In this document: in pieces, positions 12,652-19,812 of the stretch
Layout of the letters: each line of letters starts with the position of its first letter
How positions within the stretch are numbered: the first letter of the stretch is position 1
Source: an uncultured Opitutales bacterium
Lineage (GTDB): Bacteria > Verrucomicrobiota > Verrucomicrobiia > Opitutales > UBA9783
Direction: 5' to 3'
DNA length: 32,000 nucleotides
Assembly (NCBI GenBank): GCA_934691225.1
Contig: CAKUSQ010000001.1
Coordinates: forward strand, 150,001-182,000
Translations under genes and position numbers: made by a program
Notes under the pieces: model-generated
Told to the model about the DNA's origin: nothing
The model's database searches: none
What the model saw: only the letters and a program-made list of their open reading frames with translations

Positions 12652-13089
12652 ATGAAATCACTCTCCTGGATTTTTTTAGAAGAAATAGCTATATCAGATT
12701 ATTTAGCTAACGATCAGTTAAATTTATTATCTACTTATAAAACGCAAGAACCTTCATCGCTTTTAAAAAATATCATTAAAGATATTTGTACTTTAATCCA
12801 AAGTCGAATTCCAGAAAAACTACATCCTTGTCCTATGGCAACCAATCAGCTACCATCAGCCTGTAAAACAGCTGCCTGCCATTTGGTGATAGAAGCATTA
12901 CAAACGCGAATTCCAGAGCTACAATTATCCGAAGGTCAGATTCGAAATGCGCAACAAGCACGCACAACGCTTGATGATCTCTACAAATACTGGGTTGATC
13001 AAACTAAACCATCGACCTTTCAACCCCACATCGAAGCCGTTCGATATCGAATACGTGAATCGAGCAACACAACCTTAAAAGGATTATGA
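12652..13089 (+). CDS. head-tail connector/adaptor candidate (Mu gp36/DUF1320-like?)
   Basis: I trimmed the start to the ATG at 12652, because the track's TTG start at 12619 lies inside the hairpin. 145 aa. It is the first gene after the capsid gene, and its N-terminus ...ISDYLANDQLNLLS resembles the DUF1320 opening. Low certainty. Confidence 0.4.
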   Translation: MKSLSWIFLEEIAISDYLANDQLNLLSTYKTQEPSSLLKNIIKDICTLIQSRIPEKLHPCPMATNQLPSACKTAACHLVIEALQTRIPELQLSEGQIRNAQQARTTLDDLYKYWVDQTKPSTFQPHIEAVRYRIRESSNTTLKGL

Positions 13090-13538
13090 AACCTATTTTA
13101 AAGTGCATTCAAACATCTATCATCGATTATTTAAAATCGAATGAACATATTCAAAACCAAGCAAATATCCTCAGGAACGAAACTTTTTCACTGGATGAAT
13201 TTGGAGAAAATAAATTCGCATCCACCTATCCGCTTTGTCTTTTAGTCTCCTACCCTTTTCCCATACAAGCAACCGTTGATGTTTCTGCGCCTTGTTGGGA
13301 AAAATTATCACTTCATTGTTTACTAATACAAAAATTATCCATTGCATCAACTTCTCAATTCCTCAACCTAGCTGAAGAAATAAGTTATACTATTTCGCAT
13401 CAAAAATTCTCTAATGCGGTTTGGGAAGGAACTTTTGTTTTGTCAGAAAACCATCCTTGGGAATGGTTTAAAATAAAACAAGGGTTTGGCCTAAAAATTA
13501 ATTTTACAACTTCAAATTTTAATCTTTTGCTTCCATGA
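13086..13538 (+). CDS. hypothetical phage structural protein (head completion/connector candidate)
   Basis: 150 aa. It has ATGA overlaps with both neighbours (13086-13089 and 13535-13538). No recognisable motif. Confidence 0.35.
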   Translation: MKPILKCIQTSIIDYLKSNEHIQNQANILRNETFSLDEFGENKFASTYPLCLLVSYPFPIQATVDVSAPCWEKLSLHCLLIQKLSIASTSQFLNLAEEISYTISHQKFSNAVWEGTFVLSENHPWEWFKIKQGFGLKINFTTSNFNLLLP

Positions 13539-13933
13539 AAATTACCTTAAATGAACATATTTTAGCGAACGGAAACTTGACCAATGAAAATCCTATCCAT
13601 TTTGAAATTTCAGGTCAAAGGAATTTGCAAATTATAAAAGCTATTCAAGCACCTAATGTACAAACTTTGGATCGAGGAAATTTGCAAATCAAGCTAACTT
13701 TTCAAGTTGGTCGGCGCCACAAATCCCAAAACGATGCGATACAACATATGCTTGTTCACGCTAGTGAACTTGTAAAAGCACACGGAACATTAAAAATCGA
13801 ACTAGAAGACTCACTCAACCGCTCTTTTGTATTAGAATCCGCAACACTACAGCGAATTCAAACACAATACCGTGGAAATGCTTCTTATTCAACCTACGAA
13901 ATCTATGGAGGTCATTTGCATGTCAACCAATGA
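13535..13933 (+). CDS. hypothetical phage structural protein
   Basis: 132 aa with a beta-rich sequence character. It is translationally coupled upstream. No recognisable motif. Confidence 0.35.
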   Translation: MKITLNEHILANGNLTNENPIHFEISGQRNLQIIKAIQAPNVQTLDRGNLQIKLTFQVGRRHKSQNDAIQHMLVHASELVKAHGTLKIELEDSLNRSFVLESATLQRIQTQYRGNASYSTYEIYGGHLHVNQ

Positions 13934-14039
13934 TAACAATGCCCTTTGGGATGCATTGATGGAACAAATCGATCAAATTCGTGCCTTAGAATATGACATT
14001 CAAGAACTTCGTGAACAAATAGCTAACTTAAGGAATTAA
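13920..14039 (+). CDS. unannotated 39-aa coiled-coil micro-protein
   Basis: ATG at 13920, sequence MSTNDNNALWDALMEQIDQIRALEYDIQELREQIANLRN, stop TAA at 14037-14039. The stop abuts the ATG of the next gene (14040). The ORF overlaps the previous gene by 14 nt and fills the only otherwise unexplained 106-nt gap in the operon. It is below the ORF-track length cutoff. Confidence 0.5.
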   Translation: MSTNDNNALWDALMEQIDQIRALEYDIQELREQIANLRN

Positions 14040-15734
14040 ATGACCTGGTATTTATCTTATCGAGGAACCAAAAAATCGTTTTCTGAATGGAACATATTCC
14101 ACGCAACACGACGCATTTTAAATCAAGGAACAGACACTTTTTCATTTCAATCAGAACGAAATACCCTTCCATTCAATTGCGATGAAATTGTCGAAATTTT
14201 CAAAGACAATACACGATGGTTTTATGGCCGTATCACACAAATTCCGTGCGAATACACAACCGATCAAACGTACAAAACTTATCTGGTTTCAGGCCCAAAT
14301 TGGTACCTTGAACACTTAGTTTATCAACAACCTTGGCAATATTTCAAAGATGGAGATCAAACTCAAACCGTCCCTATCAATCGCAGCCTTTGCGTATTAG
14401 GACAAGATGAAAATGGCAACACAATCAATGCGCAACAATGCTTAACCAATATCATACAATACGCCATTCAACACGGAGCACCTATCACTTGCGGTAACAT
14501 CCAAGGTTTTAATTTTCTATTCCCATGTGAAACCATTAAGGATTGCAGCTGTGCTGAAGTTATTAAAAAACTTTTTCGTTGGACACCAGATGCGGTTATT
14601 TGGTTTGATTATGCAACTGCCAAACCTACGCTTCACATTTCGCGTGGTGAATTTTTAAAATCAAATACATTATCTATCCATAAACTCTCAAAATTTACAT
14701 TAAATCCACGAAAAGATTTAAAAGTAAGTTCCGTTGTTATTAAATATGAACACACGCATTCTAATGAAAATACATCTTGGAAAACCACCACAATCGATGC
14801 TTATCCTCAAAATGCTACAGGTGAGGAACTCAATGCTCTCGTACTCACTATTGAATTAGAAGGTACACAAACCCATTTGCAAGAACAATGGGTACAGGTA
14901 CAACCTATAAAAACAGATAGTATTGACTGGTGGAAACAACATTTCCCAACGCTTGCATCTATCCCTAATGACAAAATCAATTTATCGAATATCAAGCGAA
15001 ACACGAAATATCCAAACGAACTTATCGAAGGTGCCATTGCCCCATGGATGTGTTGCAGAGCTGCCTATGAAACCATAACCGCTGACATAAGTTACTTGTC
15101 TAAAACTTCAAGCATTGTTAACAGCACTATTTCACTAAAAATTTGCGCGACCGATGCCTACTCAAAAACTTATCGAAATTTGATTTTTTTGAAAACAGGT
15201 GTAAAACCTCCTACAAATTTAGCAAAGATTTTGTATGATGCAACAACTTGTTTGCAATACGAAGGTACGTTAAAAACGGATCAACATGATTTAGCAAACT
15301 CTCACATGGGACAACGACTTAATTTTTCCAATGGTGAAACAGAATGGGAGCACATTAACGTACCAGTTCAAGAAGAATATATGGTTATAGATACAGGGAC
15401 GACATCCCTTAAATTTGGTGCCCCCAAACAATTAGGCCCCAATGACCTTATTCAACTATTACAATCCAATCGCGCTCGAAATATTACAGATGACTTAAAC
15501 CAACGTTTCGCCTCAAAAAGTTCTGGTCAAACCACAACTTATTTTCCACACATAACCCCTATTATTAATTCAAATAGTGACCATGGAAATTATGCAAGTT
15601 TAATCATTTGTAATGCCGATAAAAAAATAAAATTGGATACAACTGAATTACCTCCAAATACCGAAATTACATTTAAACCTTTCGATATTGTCGAAAATGG
15701 TCAATTGAAAAAAATTTGGATACTTTCATCTTAG
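14040..15734 (+). CDS. large distal structural protein (tail hub, nozzle or receptor-binding candidate), family unknown
   Basis: 564 aa, the largest ORF in the cluster. An AAGGA SD-like motif lies 8-12 nt upstream, one of the very few in this window. Its position matches that of tail or host-specificity proteins. No motif recognised. Confidence 0.4.
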   Translation: MTWYLSYRGTKKSFSEWNIFHATRRILNQGTDTFSFQSERNTLPFNCDEIVEIFKDNTRWFYGRITQIPCEYTTDQTYKTYLVSGPNWYLEHLVYQQPWQYFKDGDQTQTVPINRSLCVLGQDENGNTINAQQCLTNIIQYAIQHGAPITCGNIQGFNFLFPCETIKDCSCAEVIKKLFRWTPDAVIWFDYATAKPTLHISRGEFLKSNTLSIHKLSKFTLNPRKDLKVSSVVIKYEHTHSNENTSWKTTTIDAYPQNATGEELNALVLTIELEGTQTHLQEQWVQVQPIKTDSIDWWKQHFPTLASIPNDKINLSNIKRNTKYPNELIEGAIAPWMCCRAAYETITADISYLSKTSSIVNSTISLKICATDAYSKTYRNLIFLKTGVKPPTNLAKILYDATTCLQYEGTLKTDQHDLANSHMGQRLNFSNGETEWEHINVPVQEEYMVIDTGTTSLKFGAPKQLGPNDLIQLLQSNRARNITDDLNQRFASKSSGQTTTYFPHITPIINSNSDHGNYASLIICNADKKIKLDTTELPPNTEITFKPFDIVENGQLKKIWILSS

Positions 15735-15761
15735 CACTTTAACTCTCAACATCTTTATTTT

Positions 15762-16436
15762 ATGCCAATAATTCCAAAATTTAGAACTTTTGTAAATGAA
15801 CTAGGAGTTAGTCCTAATATCTCCTTAATCTCTAACAAATATCTTCGTTCATCTGTCATTGTAGATGCTCAAACATATATGCAACTATATTGGCGATTTT
15901 ACAAATTAATTATCGATTACAAATACACTGTTAATAATCAGCCCATTTCTCGAATGCTCGTCGTTACTGATGATGAACCTGACTATAAAAGTCGAATTGA
16001 TGCAACATGGGAAGTATTCAAAAAAAAATCATTTAAAGAAGGGGCAGGCATATCTTCTATGGTCGCATTTACATTGTCCTGTCCCGCTTCCCCTTTTTCC
16101 AACAACTCAATAGACGAAAATTGTCGCGAGGAACGTTCTAAAAAGGCTATTACAGCGAGTCGACATGCACAAAGAATAGATCCTAATACCCAAATTCATC
16201 TATCTTTTTTATTTGAAGAATTAGCAAGTGATGCAGATTTTCATTTTGACAACAATTCTCCAAGCCTCCTTAAAGATGCTCAAATGTACAAAACTTTACA
16301 TACATTAACGACTGATTTTTTAGGATCTCCACAAACTTTTTATTTATATACTTCCAAACCCAGAAAAATTCAAGGTTACATAAATTACGTAAAAATAACG
16401 TATGAATTATACAGCATTCCTAATGAAAATAGCTAA
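15762..16436 (+). CDS. hypothetical protein, last gene of the phage-like cluster
   Basis: 224 aa on the same strand, with a 27-nt gap to the previous gene. No recognisable motif. Confidence 0.35.
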   Translation: MPIIPKFRTFVNELGVSPNISLISNKYLRSSVIVDAQTYMQLYWRFYKLIIDYKYTVNNQPISRMLVVTDDEPDYKSRIDATWEVFKKKSFKEGAGISSMVAFTLSCPASPFSNNSIDENCREERSKKAITASRHAQRIDPNTQIHLSFLFEELASDADFHFDNNSPSLLKDAQMYKTLHTLTTDFLGSPQTFYLYTSKPRKIQGYINYVKITYELYSIPNENS

Positions 16437-16501
16437 AACAACGTCGAAAAAATTTTAATAAAACCTTGTATTCCTTTTAGTACTTTGTATTCTAAAATAT
16501 C

Positions 16502-17497
16502 ATGGAAGGTATCAGTTTATTTTTCGTTGTATTTGCATTTTTACTATTAGCTGTTATAGCGATTGTTTTTTCATTCTTTAATGTTTGGTTGCGTGCATGG
16601 TTAGCTGGAGCTTACGTAAGTATACCCAATTTAGTAGCCATGCGTTTAAGGAAAGTTCCTTATGGTCTGATTGTTGATTGCAGAATCACAGCTGCTAAAG
16701 CAGGTATTGAGCTATCTGTCGATGAACTTGAAGCTCACTATTTAGCAGAAGGTAATCTGTCTCAAACCGTTCAAGCACTTATTGCTGCTGACAAAGCGGG
16801 TATTGAGTTATCATTTTCACGTGCTTGTGCTATCGACTTAGCCACCAAAGGAACGGGTAAAACTGTCATTGAAGCAGTTCATACTTCTGTAAACCCAAAA
16901 GTCATTGACTGTCCCAAAGCAATCCAAGGAAAATCAACTATCGATGGTGTTGCTAAAGATGGTATTCAGGTTAAAGTGCGTGCTCGAGTAACGGTACGAA
17001 CCAATTTGGATAGGTTTGTAGGTGGAGCTCAAGAAGATACGATCATTGCTCGTGTAGGCGAAGGTATTGTTGCTACTATCGGATCCGCTGAAACGTATAA
17101 ACAAGTACTTGAAACTCCTGATCAAATTTCAAAAGTTGTGCTTAATCGTGGTCTTGATGTCGGTACTGCTTATGAAATACTTTCGATCGACATTGCAGAC
17201 ATTGATATTGGAGAAAACGTAGGTGCAAAATTACAAGTTTCTCAAGCAGAAGCCAATAAAAATATGGCACAAGCACAAGCTGAAATTCGTCGTGCAAGTG
17301 CAGTTGCTTTAGAACAAGAAATGAAGGCACGCGTTGAAGAAATGCAAGCCAAAGTTGTGGAAGCGCAAGCAACAGTTCCGTTAGCATTAGCAGAAGCTTT
17401 CAAGCAAGGTCATTTAGGGGTTATTGATTACTATAAATTAGAAAACATGAAGGCAGATACCTCAATGCGCGAACAACTAGCCAACACGTCCCATTAA
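16502..17497 (+). CDS. floA: flotillin-like protein FloA (SPFH domain)
   Basis: 331 aa, collinear with B. subtilis FloA/YqfA as I recall it: ...HYLAEGN...[21 protein letters not shown]...VNPKVI...[32 protein letters not shown]...[59 protein letters not shown]. Confidence 0.92.
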   Translation: MEGISLFFVVFAFLLLAVIAIVFSFFNVWLRAWLAGAYVSIPNLVAMRLRKVPYGLIVDCRITAAKAGIELSVDELEAHYLAEGNLSQTVQALIAADKAGIELSFSRACAIDLATKGTGKTVIEAVHTSVNPKVIDCPKAIQGKSTIDGVAKDGIQVKVRARVTVRTNLDRFVGGAQEDTIIARVGEGIVATIGSAETYKQVLETPDQISKVVLNRGLDVGTAYEILSIDIADIDIGENVGAKLQVSQAEANKNMAQAQAEIRRASAVALEQEMKARVEEMQAKVVEAQATVPLALAEAFKQGHLGVIDYYKLENMKADTSMREQLANTSH

Positions 17498-17500
17498 TCA

Positions 17501-17917
17501 ATGGATTTTCAAGATATATTATTTTTCATAGTTTTCTTAGCGCTCACGGCTTTACCTAAAAAACGGAAAGAAAAACCAGAAGATACTTCCACTGAATTTG
17601 AAGCCACACGAAAAAAGATTGAAGCTCTTAAGAAACAACGTACACAAACCTTACCTAAAGCTTCTCACGATACGCAAAAACAACCACCTAAGGTAATTTT
17701 CTCTGCCTATAAACACATAAACCATCTTGAAAAAAAACCATGTGACACACCTTCAGAACCATTACCGCCAACGATCCCTAAAACACCTTGTCCATCATTC
17801 GTAAGTAAAACATCCAATGGAATGCAACATCCATCCATAAGAACATGGATGATTGGAAAAATTATTTTAGACAAACCCGCTTTTAAGAAAAACTATGGAA
17901 ATTTCATTGATCGCTAA
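17501..17917 (+). CDS. single-pass membrane protein with a Lys/Pro-rich linker, hypothetical
   Basis: 138 aa with an N-terminal TM segment (ILFFIVFLALTAL) followed by KKRKEK. It starts 4 nt after floA and overlaps the next gene by 23 nt. Confidence 0.45.
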   Translation: MDFQDILFFIVFLALTALPKKRKEKPEDTSTEFEATRKKIEALKKQRTQTLPKASHDTQKQPPKVIFSAYKHINHLEKKPCDTPSEPLPPTIPKTPCPSFVSKTSNGMQHPSIRTWMIGKIILDKPAFKKNYGNFIDR

Positions 17918-18530
17918 ACATTTATTGTGGTTTTTCCTTTTGCTAATCAGTCTAACTCTTCATGAATGGGGACATGCATTTGTGGCTGATAAGTTGGGTG
18001 ATCCAACACCCCGGCAAGAAGGACGCGTTTCCTTAAATCCATTGGTTCATATTGATATCTTTGGAACAATTATTTTCCCATTGCTATGCATTTTCTTATC
18101 CATGGGCGTACTATTTGGTTGGGGACGACAGGTCACCATTCATCCTTCTTACTTCAAAAAACCTGAATGGCACGCAGCACTTGCAGGAAGTGCTGGAATT
18201 TTAGGTAATTTGCTTCTCTGCACAATCGCAGCACTTGTTATAGCCACTAATACACCCTATCAAATGCTTGCGTATAGTTTATTAGAACTTAACGCCATAC
18301 TAATTGCTATCAATTTATTTCCCATACCTGGGCTAGATGGATTTTATTTCATTAAATATATTGTAAAACCTTCGAACGCAACGATTTCATTTCTTGAAAA
18401 TTGGGGATTTTTTATCCTACTTCTTTTAATTAACATACCCATAATACGTCTGGGATTAAGCAGTATTGTTAATGGTATCATTAGCATTTTTATCAAATTT
18501 AGCCTCTGGATTCATGGAATCTTCGTTTAA
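17895..18530 (+). CDS. M50-family (site-2 protease-like) membrane metallopeptidase
   Basis: HEWGHAFVADKLGDPTP contains the HExxH motif in TM1. The second motif NLFPIPGLDG matches NxxPxxxLDG. The protein is polytopic and hydrophobic, 211 aa. Confidence 0.8.
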   Translation: MEISLIAKHLLWFFLLLISLTLHEWGHAFVADKLGDPTPRQEGRVSLNPLVHIDIFGTIIFPLLCIFLSMGVLFGWGRQVTIHPSYFKKPEWHAALAGSAGILGNLLLCTIAALVIATNTPYQMLAYSLLELNAILIAINLFPIPGLDGFYFIKYIVKPSNATISFLENWGFFILLLLINIPIIRLGLSSIVNGIISIFIKFSLWIHGIFV

Positions 18531-18759
18531 GTTTTTACTAATTTTTCTCTTTTTAGCAACAAGATCTTCTTGGGGTGTAAATGAATTGTTTCAACCCAAA
18601 AATAACAAATCTGTTACAAAAATTCGTAACAAAATCATATCTGCTCATACATTGCTTTATCAGCCTACTCGAAACCGCATCAACAAATTTCAAACAATAA
18701 AGTCAAAAACTAACAATATATGGTTCAAAACAAACAATGCTGTATTGCAACCTCAAAAC

Positions 18760-19767
18760 TTAAAAATGCGTGCTAAACAGATCGGGTTGTTTTTGAATAG
18801 AAACTAAATCTTCATCTTTATTTCGATGTTCAGGTGGATTAATTAATTTTGCCTGCAAAGATTGCTCTCGTTGCATAACAATTTTTTCTGCAATTTTTCT
18901 GACATGCATCGTAATCCAACGATAAGTAGAACTACCCGGCAAATAATCTGCCGGTCCATAGCAATCTACACGACCGTTGGCTAATAAAATATCATTTTGC
19001 ATAAATTCATGCATTGAATTGGGATGATAAACCGCAAATGTTTTACCTCCATGTTCTTTCATAATAGCAAACATAGGAATATCGCTAGAACCATCTGCAA
19101 TATAAATCATATTTTCCATAGGAATTCTACGCTCTTCCCTAGGCATTGAAGCATTTACGTTTACCCTAGGATCTTTATTGACCCCCTTGTTGATCTCAAA
19201 TAAATAACGTGTCTTCGTTGTATTATCAACTACACGTCCTATTTGGGAAATTTCATGTTCATTAACCTCTAAAGACATCGTCTGTTGTGTCAAAAACCCT
19301 GGAAGCATAGGCTCCTCGATAAATTCGCAGCCAAAAATACCATCCACATACGAAGCAATTTTGCTGCCACGAACCATTTCTGCTAAACCACAACTTATAA
19401 TGTAGTGCTCTAACTGAATATGATGCTTTTGAAACATCGTATCTTCTTTAACAAAATCTTTCAATGTTTGAAAAAATTCTGGTAATCCATCAAATAGTGG
19501 CAACTCGGCACCCAATTCCCTCAGTTTTTTATTATTTAAACCACGCAACCATCCCGATTTTACGTAAGTTAACAAATGATTTAAATACATTAAATCCTCT
19601 GAAACCCCTACATTTCTCTTTGCATAAATTTCAGATAATGCATTAACTTCTCTCCAAAATTGCTTGGCATCCAAATCAAAAGCCTTGAATAAAGGTTCCT
19701 GCATAAACCCTGGAATCAACGTTTTATCAAAGTCCCAAATACATGCAATGAGCGTTGAATGATTCAT
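18760..19767 (-). CDS. HAD-superfamily hydrolase
   Basis: Motif I is IWDFDKTL (DxDxT). Motif IV is YIADGSSDIPMF. 335 aa. Confidence 0.65.
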   Translation of the reverse strand: MNHSTLIACIWDFDKTLIPGFMQEPLFKAFDLDAKQFWREVNALSEIYAKRNVGVSEDLMYLNHLLTYVKSGWLRGLNNKKLRELGAELPLFDGLPEFFQTLKDFVKEDTMFQKHHIQLEHYIISCGLAEMVRGSKIASYVDGIFGCEFIEEPMLPGFLTQQTMSLEVNEHEISQIGRVVDNTTKTRYLFEINKGVNKDPRVNVNASMPREERRIPMENMIYIADGSSDIPMFAIMKEHGGKTFAVYHPNSMHEFMQNDILLANGRVDCYGPADYLPGSSTYRWITMHVRKIAEKIVMQREQSLQAKLINPPEHRNKDEDLVSIQKQPDLFSTHF

Positions 19768-19812
19768 AAAATGATTTTATGCTATCTTATTCGCCAACCT
19801 CAAGATCTTTTA

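Larger units (their letters stand above)
7105..16436 (+). mobile_element. phage-derived morphogenesis gene cluster (head module plus minimal distal module); no integrase, replication or lysis genes; GTA-like, domesticated, or a prophage remnant
   Basis: There are 13 co-directional ORFs with 1-26 nt overlaps or gaps under 50 nt. The terminase, portal, protease, decoration and capsid order is recognisable from motifs. See the individual CDS entries. Confidence 0.75.

Noticed and set aside
6740-16501. Attachment-site direct repeats flanking the phage-like cluster
   Set aside because: I compared 6740-7104 with 16437-16501 by eye and found only trivial shared hexamers such as CCTTGT. No tRNA gene lies at the junction. 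This was not an exhaustive search, so a computational repeat search is still advisable.
18466-18807. A 113-aa plus-strand ORF spanning the convergent gap between the M50 peptidase and the HAD hydrolase
   Set aside because: It overlaps both neighbours' 3' ends and has a low-complexity, Lys/Asn-rich composition typical of AT-rich non-coding sequence. I found no motif. A short real gene in 18531-18759 cannot be fully excluded.
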